Source of the DNA: Oscillospiraceae bacterium
GTDB taxonomy: Bacteria; Bacillota; Clostridia; Oscillospirales; Oscillospiraceae
Assembly (NCBI GenBank): GCA_034933465.1
Contig: JAYFNM010000057.1
Location: 37,414 to 101,413, forward strand
DNA: 64,000 bases
Reading direction: 5' to 3'
Shown: piece after piece, positions 19,592 through 29,499 of the stretch
How positions within the stretch are numbered: the stretch's first letter is position 1
Layout of the letters: each line of letters begins with the position of its first letter
Notes under the pieces: generated by a model
What the model saw: the letters and a program-made list of their open reading frames with translations, nothing else
Told to the model about the DNA's origin: nothing
Database searches by the model: none
Program-made: the position numbers and the translations under genes

Positions 19592-19952
19592 CGCGTCCTC
19601 CTCCGTTATTCAGCGCGTCTATCTCCGCGACGGCGGCGGCGGCTGTCTCCCGCGCGCGCCCGTCCGTCAGCCGCACTATCTCCTCCAGCTTCGCCCGCAG
19701 GCGCTCAAGGGCGTCCTGCGTCTCCGAAAAGCGGCCTATCAGGCCGGTCTTCGCCTCGATATCCTTCAGCGCGGCGTCGGCGCGGCGGATATTGTCCCAC
19801 ACGCCCTGGCGGGATATCCCGCTCTGCTCGGCTATCTCCGACAGGGACAGATCCTCATTGAAGTGCAGATCGAAGCACTCCCTCTGCTTCTCCGTCAGCA
19901 GAGCCCCGTAAAAATCCAGCAGCATACTCTGCATAAGCCTGCTCTCGCTCAC
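19581..19952 (-). CDS. ylxM: YlxM/UPF0122 putative DNA-binding protein
   Basis: Contains LLDFYGALLTEKQRECFDLHFNEDLSLSEIAEQSGISRQGVWDNI. The GTG at 19952 lies 7 nt after GGAGGA, so I prefer it to the ORF-track start at 19970. Overlaps ffh by 11 nt. Confidence 0.8.
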   Translation of the reverse strand: MSESRLMQSMLLDFYGALLTEKQRECFDLHFNEDLSLSEIAEQSGISRQGVWDNIRRADAALKDIEAKTGLIGRFSETQDALERLRAKLEEIVRLTDGRARETAAAAVAEIDALNNGGGRDGV

Positions 19953-20114
19953 GGTAAGTCCTCCTGTCAAGCAAATCAGCTTAACAGAGTATATAACAGC
20001 CCGACCCCCCTGTCAAGTATTTTTTCTTGTCAGTTTCGGTCTTTTCGCCCCGCTGCATATTAATCCAGTCTTTGGGAAAAATGAATAATACTCTTTTTAT
20101 GATTGGAGAAACCC

Positions 20115-22283
20115 ATGGATATCGACAGCTCCGGACTGTACATTGAAGACAGGCGGCTCTGCGACTGTGCCGCCGCCGAGGCGAGGCTGCTGCGCCCCGC
20201 CGGAAGCCGCGGCGGCAGGCGGAGCGTCCGCTCGCTGCGCCGAAGTCTGGATGAGATACGCCGTACCCACGACGCGGTGCAGGCGCGCTGCGGCGAGCTG
20301 CCGCAGCCGCCCGCCGCCTGCGAATGGCTGCTGGACAACTGGTATATCGCGCTGCGCGAGTACATGTGCGCCGCCGCCGCGCTCAGGAGCGCGCCCCGTC
20401 TGCGCGCAAGCGGCGGGGAGCCCCTGATACTCGCCCTCGCCCGGGCGCTGCTGCGCGCGGGTCTGGGGAGCGCGACCGAGGAGCGGTGCAGGCTCTTTCT
20501 GGACGGCTTTCAGGCCGTCACCGTGCTCCGGCGCTCCGAGCTGGAGCTGTTTCCCGCCGCGGTCAGAGCCGCGGCGATAGAAGGTCTCGCCGAGACCTGC
20601 CGGAAAATGCGCGGCGGCGAGGATGAGCAGGCGCTCACCGCCTCCTTTGAGGCGCTGTTTACGACGCTGCGCCTCTTCTCCGTGCTCGACGCCGAAAAGC
20701 TCATAAACTCCGCCGACGTCACCGGCGCCGTTCTCTCCGCCGACCCCGGCGGGGACTACGCGCGCATGGACAGCGGCACGAAGCGCCAATACCTGCGCCG
20801 CGTGGAGAAGCTCGCCCGCCGCGAGGGCGCGGAGGAGCACGTATTCGCCCGCCGGCTCATAAAGAGAGCCCGCGCCGAGGGAAGGCACGTGGGCTTCTAT
20901 CTGTTCGCCGCCCCCGGGCGCGCGGGCGAGGCCTGTTATATAGGCGCGAACGTCCTGCTGACGCTGTTTTTCTCGCTGCTGCTCGCCTTTGCGTGCGACA
21001 GCGCGGCGGCCGCGCTGCTGCTGTTGCTGCCGGTATCGGAGCTCGTCAAGAACCTGCTGGACTTCATCCTGCTCCACACGCTCCCCTCAAGGCGGCTGCC
21101 GAGGATGAGCACGGAGGAGGGCGTGCCGCCGGAGGGGCGGACCATCTGCGTCATATCCGCCCTGCTCACAGACCCCGACGGTGCGCAGCGCCTTGCGGCA
21201 AGGCTCGAGGAGCTGCGGCAGACCTGCCGCGAGAGCGCCGTGTCCTTCGGGCTGCTCGCGGATCTGCCCTCGGCCGCCGAAGCGCTCGCCGAGGGGGACG
21301 GCGCGGTGCTCTACGCCGCCCGCGCCGCCGTGGAGCGGCTCAACCGCGAGTACGGCGGCGGCTTCTATCTCTTCACAAGGCCTCGCGTCTTCGACGGGGA
21401 GAGCTGGACGGGGCGCGAGCGCAAGCGCGGCGCGATAACGGAGCTCGCCAGGCTCCTGTGCGGCATGGACTCGGAGCTTGAGACGACGGGCGAGCGCGCC
21501 GCGCTCTCGGGCACGCGCTACATCCTCACGCTCGACAGCGACACGCGCGTATACCCCGGCGCGATACAGGAGCTCATCGGCGCGATGCTCCACCCGCTCT
21601 GCAAGCCCCGCGTGGATGAAAAGCGCGGCGTCGTCACGGCGGGGCACGCCGTCATCCACCCCCGCATGGGCACGGAGCTGTACAGCGCCAATTCCACCGA
21701 CTTTGCCTTGATCTTCGCGGGCGCCGGCGGCAGCGACCCCTACGGCGGGGTCTGCGGGGAGCTGTATATGGACGCCTTCGACAGCGGCGGCTTTGCAGGC
21801 AAGGGCATTATCGACGCGCGCGCCTTTATCCGCTGCGCCGCCTCGCGCTTCCCGGCGGGGCGCGTGCTGTCGCACGACGCGCTCGAGGGCGCCTGTCTGC
21901 GCGGCGCCTTCATGGGCGACGTCGAGTTTTCCGACGCCTTTCCCTCCCGGCCGCTGGCCTACTACAAGCGGCTGCACCGCTGGATACGCGGCGACTGGCA
22001 GAACGCCCGCTGGGTCTTCTGCCGCGATTTTGCGCCCATAGACCGCTGGCGGCTCTTCGACAGCCTGCGGCGCAGCCTCATCGCGCCCATGACGCTCCTC
22101 GCCGTATGCGCGGGCTTCCTTCTGCCCGAAAACGGCCTCGCCGTGGCCGCGTGGGCGGCGCTGCTCTCCCCCCTCGCGGCGGCGGCGCTCGCCCTGCCCG
22201 CGCACCGGGACACGGAGCTGAGCGGGGAGGAGCGCGCGTATATCACCGCGGCGGCGCGCGAGAGCTTTTCGTATCTCGCGTAG
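20115..22283 (+). CDS. cyclic beta-1,2-glucan synthase-like protein, N-terminal membrane/GT84-like part, ending at an in-frame TAG
   Basis: ATG 20115 follows SD GGAGAA. The product has hydrophobic segments and glycosyltransferase-type motifs (LTLDSDTRVYPG, SHDALEG, WIRGDWQN). The TAG at 22281-22283 is followed by the same open frame. Confidence 0.75.
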   Translation: MDIDSSGLYIEDRRLCDCAAAEARLLRPAGSRGGRRSVRSLRRSLDEIRRTHDAVQARCGELPQPPAACEWLLDNWYIALREYMCAAAALRSAPRLRASGGEPLILALARALLRAGLGSATEERCRLFLDGFQAVTVLRRSELELFPAAVRAAAIEGLAETCRKMRGGEDEQALTASFEALFTTLRLFSVLDAEKLINSADVTGAVLSADPGGDYARMDSGTKRQYLRRVEKLARREGAEEHVFARRLIKRARAEGRHVGFYLFAAPGRAGEACYIGANVLLTLFFSLLLAFACDSAAAALLLLLPVSELVKNLLDFILLHTLPSRRLPRMSTEEGVPPEGRTICVISALLTDPDGAQRLAARLEELRQTCRESAVSFGLLADLPSAAEALAEGDGAVLYAARAAVERLNREYGGGFYLFTRPRVFDGESWTGRERKRGAITELARLLCGMDSELETTGERAALSGTRYILTLDSDTRVYPGAIQELIGAMLHPLCKPRVDEKRGVVTAGHAVIHPRMGTELYSANSTDFALIFAGAGGSDPYGGVCGELYMDAFDSGGFAGKGIIDARAFIRCAASRFPAGRVLSHDALEGACLRGAFMGDVEFSDAFPSRPLAYYKRLHRWIRGDWQNARWVFCRDFAPIDRWRLFDSLRRSLIAPMTLLAVCAGFLLPENGLAVAAWAALLSPLAAAALALPAHRDTELSGEERAYITAAARESFSYLA

Positions 22284-22535
22284 TTCTCCTCCGCCGCCGA
22301 CAACTTCCTCCCGCCGGATAATTTTCAGGAGCAGCCGCCCGTCGGCGTCGCGCACCGCACCTCGCCGACGAACATCGGCCTCGCGCTCGCCGCGGCGGTC
22401 GCGGCCTTCGATCTGGGCGTCACAGACAGGGAAAGCGCGCTGGGCTATATCCGCCGCGCCCTCTGCTCGCTCGAGCGCCTGCCCCGCCTGCTGGGGCACT
22501 GCTACAACTGGTACGACACGCGCACGCTCAGACCC

Positions 22536-25500
22536 ATGCAGCCGCTCTTTATCTCCACCGTTGACAGCGGCAACCTCTACGCCGGACTGCTGACCGCGCG
22601 GCAGGCGCTGCGCGGCCTGGGCGAGGACGAGCTCGCCGGGCGCGTGGACGCGCTGATGGAAGGAATGGACTTTTCGCCGCTCTACGACAGAGAGCGCGGC
22701 CTTTTCTACATCTGCTTCGACGCGGAAAAGCAGCGCGGCGCGGGCGGCTGGTACGACCTCATGGCGAGCGAGGCGATGCTCACGAGCTATATCGCCGCGG
22801 CGAAGGGGGACGTCCCCGTCAGGCACTGGCGCGCTCTCAGCCGCGCCCAGCTCCAGAAGGACGGCTACCGCGGCCTCGCGAGCTGGACGGGCACGATGTT
22901 CGAATACCTGATGCCGGAGCTGTTCCTGCCCTTTTACCGGGGCAGCCTGCTGTTCGAAAGCGGCCGCTTCTGCCTGTACGTCCAGAAGCGCCGTGTCTTC
23001 GCGGGCAAGCCGTGGGGCGTCTCGGAGAGCGCGTTTTACTCGCTCGACCCCTCGCTGAGCTACCGCTACAAGGCCAGCGGCTGCGCCGCGCTCGCGCTCA
23101 AGCGCGGCCAGGACGCGGACATGGTCGTCTCCCCGTACAGCAGCTTTCTCGCGCTGGCCGTCGATGCGCCGGGAGCCGTCAAAAATCTCCGGCGGCTCGA
23201 GCGCTTCGGCGCGCGCGGCCGCTTCGGGTTTATCGAGGCGCTGGACTTCACGCCCTCCCGCAGCCGCAGCGGCGAGGGGGAAAAGGTGCGCTGCTATATG
23301 GCGCACCACGTGAGCATGAGCGTTATCGCCGCGGCCAACGCCGTGTGCTCCGGCAGCATACAGCGGCGCTTCATGTCCGACTGCGCCATGCGCGCGTTCA
23401 GTCCGCTCCTGCAGGAGCGCCTGCCGGATCAGGGGCTCGTCATACGCCGCGACATAACGCAGCCGCCCGAAAAGCCGGAGCGCGGCTCCGGCGCGCTCTG
23501 GCGCATACGCGGCGGCGCGGAGGATACCGGGGAGCGCCGCTGCCTGCTCTCCAACGGAGCCTACTCCATCCTCGCGAGCTCCCGCGGGGAGAGCTCCGCC
23601 GCGTTCGGGCGCGTGTGCGTCTACGGCGCGCCCGATCTGTCGCGGAGAGGGCCGGCGCTGGAGCTGATCCAAAACGGCCAAAAACGCCCGCTCGCCCCCG
23701 GCGGGAGGACGGCGCTCTGGGAGCTGTCGGAGGAGCAGTGCCGCTGGGAATACGACGGAGGCGGGCTGAAGGCCTCCGTCTCGGTCTGCACCGCCGCCGG
23801 GGACTGGGGAGAGCTGCGGCGCGTGGAGCTGCGCGCGGAGCTGCCCACCGCGCTGACCCTGCGCCTGAGCTTCAGGCCGATACTGGCGGATTACCGTGAT
23901 TATGTAAACCATCCGGCCTTCTGGAGGCTGGGCGTCACGGCGGAGCTCGCCGGCGGGGCGCTGCTGCTGCGGAGGCTGCGGCGCGGCGACACGGGCGAGC
24001 TGTGGCTCTGTCTGCGCTGCGATCAGCCCGCGCTTTTCTCCGCCGAGGAGGGCGGAGAGGGTCCCTGTCTCGCCGACCCCTTCGTCACCGCCGACACGGC
24101 GCTCACCGTCGGCCCGGAGGGCGCGTCCCTGCGCTATGCCCTGTGCCTCGGGGACAGCCGCGCCGCGGCACTCGCGGGGGCGGAGCGGATACTGCTCCGC
24201 GGCGAAAGCGGCGGCATGGTCGGCGCGGCGGCGCACCTCGGCATGAGCGCGGCCGAGACGGGCGCGGCAATGGCGCTCCTGCGCCCGCTCGCGCGGCCGC
24301 TCTCCGGCGCGGCGAGCCGGAAGGAGCTCTGGCAATACGGCATATCCGGCGATCTGCCGCTCATCTGCTGCGACGGGCAGGCGGTGGAGGCGCTGCCGCT
24401 CTTGAAGCGCTTCTGCCTGCTCAAAAGCTGCGGCGCGGACTGCGAGCTCGTCTATCTCAGCGGCGAGCAGGGCGAATATCAGCGCCCGCTCTACCGGCGC
24501 TTCACCGAGGCGCTCTCGGCGGTCGGCCTTGAGGCGCTCATCGGCTGCCGCGGCGGGCTGCACCTTGTCCCGATGTCCGCGGCCGGGCTCGTCCGGAGCC
24601 GCGCCGCGGTCGTGATAGGCGAAGCTCCGGATGAAAAGAGCCCGCTCCGGCCGCCCGTCCTGAGCGCGCCGCGCGGCGCGGACGCCATCCCCCGGCACAG
24701 CCGGAACGGCGCGGCGTTTGAATATTATGTAAACCAGTCCCTGCCGGCGCGCGCGTGGCAGCTCATGCTGGGCAACGGCCGCTTCGGCTGCATCGCGGTT
24801 GACTGCGGCATGGCCGGGATGTGGCTGGAAAACGCGCGGGAGCTGCGCATAAGCGAGCCCTTCGACGACATCCGCGCCGTCGGCGGCACGGAGGCGCTCT
24901 GGGTCGAGCGCGACGGCGAGCGGCTGAGCCTCTTCGCCGCGAACGACGCCCTGCCCTGCCGCGTCTTGTTCACGCCGGGGCTTGCCCGCTGGGAGAAGGA
25001 GCTCTTCGGGCGGCAGGTCGTGACGGAGGTCTTCGTCCCCGCCGGGACGGACGCGAGGGTGCTGCTGATAAAGGGCGCGCAGGGGCTGGAGCTGCGCTGG
25101 GCGCTCAATTGCGTGCTCGGCGCGCCGGACGCCTCGTCGCTGCGCTGCCGCTTCGATGGCGGGCTGTTTTGCGCGGAAAATCCCGAGGCCTATCTGCCCG
25201 GCGTCGCTCTGCTCGCCGGAACCGGAGGGCCCTGCTCCTGCCGCTGCGACTTCGCCCCCGGCGCGCTGCTGATGAGTATCGCGCCGCAGGAGGAAACGGC
25301 GCTGGTCTGCGGCTGCTGCGGCGAGGACGCGCTCCGCGCCCTCCTGCGCCCCAAAAACGCGGCCGCGGCGCGCGACGGGACGCTCTCCGGGCTGCGCGGC
25401 CTGCTCGCCCGCTTTTCCTGCGCGACCGGCGACGCGCCGCTCGACAGGTATATGAACGGCTGGGCCGCGTATCAGGTCACGGCCTGCCGTCTCGAGGGGC

Positions 25501-26807
25501 GCAGCAGTCTGTATCAGAGCGGCGGCGCGTTCGGCTTTCGCGACCAGCTCCAGGACGCGGTGAACCTGCTGCTCCTGACGCGGCGCTACGCGCGCGAGCG
25601 CATACTGGACTGCTGCCGCCACCAGTATGCCGAGGGCGACGTGATGCACTGGTGGCACGCCCACCCCGACGGGGACAGGGGCATACGCAGCCGCTGCTCG
25701 GACGACCTGCTCTGGCTCGTGTGGGCGCTGTGCGAATATGTGGACGCGACCGGCGACACTGCGCTGTGCGATATCGAGACGCGCTATCTCGCCTCGCCCG
25801 TCCTGTCGGAGAGCGAGCGCGACCGCTACGAGACGCCGGAGAGCACACAGAAGACGGCCTCCGTGCTGCTCCACGCGCGCGCCGCGCTCGACCTCTGCGC
25901 CGCGAGGGGCTTCGGCCCGCACGGTCTGCCGTGGTTCGGCAGCGGCGACTGGAACGACGGGCTGGACGCGGTGGACGGGGAGAGCGTATGGCTCGGCTGG
26001 TTTTTGTCCCATTGCGCCGCGCGCATGGCGAAGCTTCTCGAGCGCCTTTCGCTCCCCGGCGCGGAGCGCTACTCGGCGCTCGCCGCGTCCGTCGGCGCGG
26101 CGGCCGACGGCGCGTGGAACGGACGCTGGTATCGCCGGGGCTATCTCGCGGACGGGACGCCGCTCGGCGGCGACGGGCGGATAGACTCGCTCGCCCAGAG
26201 CTGGGCCGTCATCAGCGGCGCGGCGGACGCGGAGAGAGCCGGCCGCGCGATGGACGCCGCAAAGCGCGCGCTCATCGACCGGAGGCAGTCCCTTGTGCGC
26301 CTCTTCTCCCCGCCCTTCGGGGGGGAAGACCCGTATCCTGGCTATATAGCTGGCTATGGGGAGGGCTTTCGTGAAAACGGCGGGCAGTACACGCACGGCG
26401 CAATCTGGCTGGCGCTGGCCTTTCTGAAGCTCGTCCGCGCGGACGACGCCTGGGAGACTCTCGGCCTCCTGCTGCCCGAGAACCACGACCTGCGCCGCTA
26501 TAAGGGCGAGCCCTTCGTCCTCCCGGCGGACGTTTACTCCGCACCGGGGCACGAGGGAGAGGCTGGCTGGACCTGGTACACCGGCTCCGCCGGCTGGTAT
26601 TTTCGGGTCGTGACGGAGAGCATGCTGGGTCTGAAGCTCGAAAACGGCGCGCTCAGAATTGCGCCCGCGCTCCCGGCCGCTATCCCCTCCTACAGCGCCG
26701 TCTGGACGGACGCGCGCGGCGTCCGGCACGAGATAAGCGCCGACGGGAAAAGCATCCGCGCCGACGGCGAAAAATATGACGGGAAACCGATAGGCGCGGC
26801 CAAATAG
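22536..26807 (+). CDS. cyclic beta-1,2-glucan synthase-like protein, C-terminal GH94 (glycan phosphorylase-like) part
   Basis: This ORF is in the same frame as 20115..22283, and the frame is open back to 22284. Codons 22284-22535 encode the conserved LPPDNFQE..RTSPTNIGL block. GH94-type motifs are GSGDWNDGLD and GGQYTHGAIW. The first ATG at 22536 has no SD. Confidence 0.75.
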   Translation: MQPLFISTVDSGNLYAGLLTARQALRGLGEDELAGRVDALMEGMDFSPLYDRERGLFYICFDAEKQRGAGGWYDLMASEAMLTSYIAAAKGDVPVRHWRALSRAQLQKDGYRGLASWTGTMFEYLMPELFLPFYRGSLLFESGRFCLYVQKRRVFAGKPWGVSESAFYSLDPSLSYRYKASGCAALALKRGQDADMVVSPYSSFLALAVDAPGAVKNLRRLERFGARGRFGFIEALDFTPSRSRSGEGEKVRCYMAHHVSMSVIAAANAVCSGSIQRRFMSDCAMRAFSPLLQERLPDQGLVIRRDITQPPEKPERGSGALWRIRGGAEDTGERRCLLSNGAYSILASSRGESSAAFGRVCVYGAPDLSRRGPALELIQNGQKRPLAPGGRTALWELSEEQCRWEYDGGGLKASVSVCTAAGDWGELRRVELRAELPTALTLRLSFRPILADYRDYVNHPAFWRLGVTAELAGGALLLRRLRRGDTGELWLCLRCDQPALFSAEEGGEGPCLADPFVTADTALTVGPEGASLRYALCLGDSRAAALAGAERILLRGESGGMVGAAAHLGMSAAETGAAMALLRPLARPLSGAASRKELWQYGISGDLPLICCDGQAVEALPLLKRFCLLKSCGADCELVYLSGEQGEYQRPLYRRFTEALSAVGLEALIGCRGGLHLVPMSAAGLVRSRAAVVIGEAPDEKSPLRPPVLSAPRGADAIPRHSRNGAAFEYYVNQSLPARAWQLMLGNGRFGCIAVDCGMAGMWLENARELRISEPFDDIRAVGGTEALWVERDGERLSLFAANDALPCRVLFTPGLARWEKELFGRQVVTEVFVPAGTDARVLLIKGAQGLELRWALNCVLGAPDASSLRCRFDGGLFCAENPEAYLPGVALLAGTGGPCSCRCDFAPGALLMSIAPQEETALVCGCCGEDALRALLRPKNAAAARDGTLSGLRGLLARFSCATGDAPLDRYMNGWAAYQVTACRLEGRSSLYQSGGAFGFRDQLQDAVNLLLLTRRYARERILDCCRHQYAEGDVMHWWHAHPDGDRGIRSRCSDDLLWLVWALCEYVDATGDTALCDIETRYLASPVLSESERDRYETPESTQKTASVLLHARAALDLCAARGFGPHGLPWFGSGDWNDGLDAVDGESVWLGWFLSHCAARMAKLLERLSLPGAERYSALAASVGAAADGAWNGRWYRRGYLADGTPLGGDGRIDSLAQSWAVISGAADAERAGRAMDAAKRALIDRRQSLVRLFSPPFGGEDPYPGYIAGYGEGFRENGGQYTHGAIWLALAFLKLVRADDAWETLGLLLPENHDLRRYKGEPFVLPADVYSAPGHEGEAGWTWYTGSAGWYFRVVTESMLGLKLENGALRIAPALPAAIPSYSAVWTDARGVRHEISADGKSIRADGEKYDGKPIGAAK

Positions 26808-26924
26808 GGCTACCAATTTTCTCCCGGACATGTTATAATGGCTTATTAAAAAAGTCCGGGTCACCGGGCGGAATTTTTGCCCGGGCAAGCTTTAAGGGAC
26901 GGAATTTTTTCACGGAGGTAGACC

Positions 26925-28235
26925 ATGGAGATCACAAGGACGGAGATAATGCCCGGCGTATGGCTGAACCATCTGCGCTCCGACAAGTTCAAGACCGCTT
27001 GCATGAGCCTGTCCCTGCTGACGCAGCTGCAGCGGGACACCGCCTCCATGAACGCGCTCATCCCCTATGTGCTGCGCCGCGGCAGCACCCGCTACGCCGA
27101 CATGGAGGCCATAGCCGCGAGGCTGGACGAGCTTTACGGCGCGGCGGTCGAGCCGGTCGTGCGGCGCATAGGCGAGATACAGTGCACCGGCTTTTACGTG
27201 AGCGTTCCCGAGGGGGAATTTCTCCCCGGCGGGGAGGACGTCCTGCGCGAGGCCGCCGCCCTGCTCGGCGAGCTGCTGCTCTCCCCCGCGACGCGCGGCG
27301 GGCTGTTCCTGCCGCAGTATGTGGACAGCGAGCGCGACAAGATGCTCGACGCCATCCGCAGCCGCGTCAACGACAAGCGGGTCTATTCCCTCATCCGCTG
27401 CGTCGAGGAGATGTGCTGCTGCGAGGACTTCGCCACCGGCCGCTTCGGCGGCGAGAGCGAGTGCGAGGCCATCCACTACCAGAGGCTCACCAAGCACTAC
27501 CGCAGTCTCCTGCAGGAGAGCCCCATAGAGATATTCTACTGCGGCCGCGCCGCGAACGGGCAGCTCGTCTCCGTATTGACGGACGCGCTCTCCGCCCTCC
27601 CGCGCGGCGAGATAAACTGTGACATCGGCACGGAGATCCGCATGAACTCCCTTGAGGAGAAGCCCCGCTTCATCGAAGAGGAGCTGGACGTCGCGCAGGG
27701 CAAGCTCGTCATCGGCTTTCGCCTGGGCGATTGCATGGAGGAGCCGAACATCGCGGCGCTGTATGTGTTCAACAGCGTGTACGGCGGCGGCAGCACCTCC
27801 AAGCTCTTCATGAACGTGCGCGAGCGGCTCTCCCTCTGCTACTACGCGAGCTCCATGATAGATATCCACAAGGGTCTGATGCTCGTGTCCTCCGGCATAG
27901 AGTTCGACAAGCTCGACGCCGCCCGGGACGAGATCTTCGCCCAGCTCGAGGCCGTCAGGCGCGGCGAGATCAGCGACGGCGAGCTCGACGCCGCGAAGGC
28001 CTGCGTCGCCTCCGACCTGCGCTCCACGATGGACAGTCAGGGCGAGCTCGAGGGCTTTTATCTCGCGCAGGCGCTCGACGGGACAGATTGCAGCCCGCTC
28101 GAGCTCGCGGAGCTCGCGGAGGGCGTCACGAAAGACGACGTGGCCGCGATCGCACGGAGCGTGGAATGCGACCTTGTATATTTTTTAAAGGGCAGCGGCG
28201 AGACCGGCGGGGAGGATGAGTATGCAGAAGAATAA
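26925..28235 (+). CDS. M16 (pitrilysin) family peptidase-like protein, non-catalytic partner (no HxxEH)
   Basis: 436 aa with an insulinase-type two-domain layout and no zinc motif. SD GGAGG precedes the ATG. Confidence 0.75.
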   Translation: MEITRTEIMPGVWLNHLRSDKFKTACMSLSLLTQLQRDTASMNALIPYVLRRGSTRYADMEAIAARLDELYGAAVEPVVRRIGEIQCTGFYVSVPEGEFLPGGEDVLREAAALLGELLLSPATRGGLFLPQYVDSERDKMLDAIRSRVNDKRVYSLIRCVEEMCCCEDFATGRFGGESECEAIHYQRLTKHYRSLLQESPIEIFYCGRAANGQLVSVLTDALSALPRGEINCDIGTEIRMNSLEEKPRFIEEELDVAQGKLVIGFRLGDCMEEPNIAALYVFNSVYGGGSTSKLFMNVRERLSLCYYASSMIDIHKGLMLVSSGIEFDKLDAARDEIFAQLEAVRRGEISDGELDAAKACVASDLRSTMDSQGELEGFYLAQALDGTDCSPLELAELAEGVTKDDVAAIARSVECDLVYFLKGSGETGGEDEYAEE

Positions 28236-29499
28236 TTATCCGAATATCGGCGAGACGCTGTACTCCGCCACGCTCCCGAACGGCCTGCGCCTGAGGGTGA
28301 TACCGAAGAAGGGCTTCTCCACGCGCTACGCCGTGTTCGGCACGAACTACGGCGGCGCGCACCGCCGCTTCGAGGCGGACGGCCGCGTCATCGACACGCC
28401 CGCGGGCGTCGCGCACTTTCTCGAGCACAAGATGTTCGACCTGCCAAACGGCGACAGCGCCATGAACATCCTCAGCTCGAACGGGGCAGACCCCAACGCC
28501 TTCACCTCCAGCGGCATCACCTGCTACTATTTCCAGTGCACGGAGAGCTTCGAGGAAAACCTCCGAATGCTGCTGCATTTCGTGTCCACGCCGTATTTCA
28601 CGCCGGAGACCGTGCAGAAGGAGCAGGGCATAATCGCGCAGGAGATACGCATGGGCGACGACAGCCCCGATCTCGCCATATACTACAACCTGCTGGAAAT
28701 GCTCTATGAGCGCCACCCGATACGCGACAAGGTCGCCGGCACGGTGGAGAGCATCGCGCAGATAACCGACAAAACGCTCTACGACTGCCACAGGGTCTTC
28801 TATTCCCCGGGCAATATGGTGCTCTGCATCGAGGGCGACGTGGACGCCGCGCGCATCCGCGCCATCGCGGAGGAGGAGCTGCCCAAGGAGGGCGGCGCCG
28901 TGCCGCGCGCGGACTTCGGCCCCGCGGAGGGTCTGCTCCCGTCGCGGCGCCTGCGCCGGGAGGCCATGTCCGTCTCCGCGCCGCAGTTTCTTATCGGCGC
29001 GAAGCTCGCCGTCGCCCCCGCCGGGGCGCAGGCGCTGAGGCAGCATCTGGTGTCCCAGCTCTCGCTGCGGCTGCTGGTCGGCTCGTCCTCGCCGTTTTAC
29101 ACGAGGCTCTATTCCGAGGGTCTGCTCAACCGCGACTTCGACTATGAGGCGGATTTCTCCGCCGGGACAGGCACAGTCATCATCGGCGGAGAGAGCGCGG
29201 AGCCGGAAAAGGTCTTCGCCGCGCTCGGCGACGAGATAGCGCGCGTCAACGCCGAGGGGCTCGACCCCGACCGCTTCGAGCGGGCAAAGCGCGCCTCCCT
29301 CGGCGCGCGGCTCAGGGGGCTGGAGGATTTTGAAAACGTCTGCGTCTCCATGGCCATGGGCGTTTTCGACGGCTACTGCGCCCTTGACGCGCCCGAGGCG
29401 CTCCAAAGCGTAGACAGAGCCGAGTGCGAGGCCTTCATCCGCGAATGTCTCGCGCCGGAGCGGCTCGCCGTATCAATAATCGAACCTAAGAAGGTATGA
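28216..29499 (+). CDS. M16 family zinc peptidase (catalytic subunit)
   Basis: 427 aa with the inverted zinc motif HFLEH (AGVAHFLEHKMFD). It overlaps the preceding M16 gene. The ATG at 28222 is an alternative start. Confidence 0.8.
   Translation: MSMQKNNYPNIGETLYSATLPNGLRLRVIPKKGFSTRYAVFGTNYGGAHRRFEADGRVIDTPAGVAHFLEHKMFDLPNGDSAMNILSSNGADPNAFTSSGITCYYFQCTESFEENLRMLLHFVSTPYFTPETVQKEQGIIAQEIRMGDDSPDLAIYYNLLEMLYERHPIRDKVAGTVESIAQITDKTLYDCHRVFYSPGNMVLCIEGDVDAARIRAIAEEELPKEGGAVPRADFGPAEGLLPSRRLRREAMSVSAPQFLIGAKLAVAPAGAQALRQHLVSQLSLRLLVGSSSPFYTRLYSEGLLNRDFDYEADFSAGTGTVIIGGESAEPEKVFAALGDEIARVNAEGLDPDRFERAKRASLGARLRGLEDFENVCVSMAMGVFDGYCALDAPEALQSVDRAECEAFIRECLAPERLAVSIIEPKKV

Noticed and set aside
22281-22283. 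TAG decoded as pyrrolysine, or a reassigned stop codon
   Set aside because: TAG is used as the normal stop of rpoN (1051-1053), the histidine kinase (51361-51363) and other genes here. No pyl genes or tRNA(CUA) are in the window, and no other gene shows an internal TAG. Reassignment is unsupported. Rare read-through cannot be excluded from sequence alone.
21087-26888. 1933-aa ORF on the minus strand, the longest ORF in the window
   Set aside because: It lies exactly antisense to the glucan-synthase gene. Its product is Arg/Ala/Gly/Pro-rich low-complexity sequence with no motifs and no SD. This is the typical stop-free shadow frame of a GC3-rich gene. The plus-strand frame carries clear GT and GH94 motifs.
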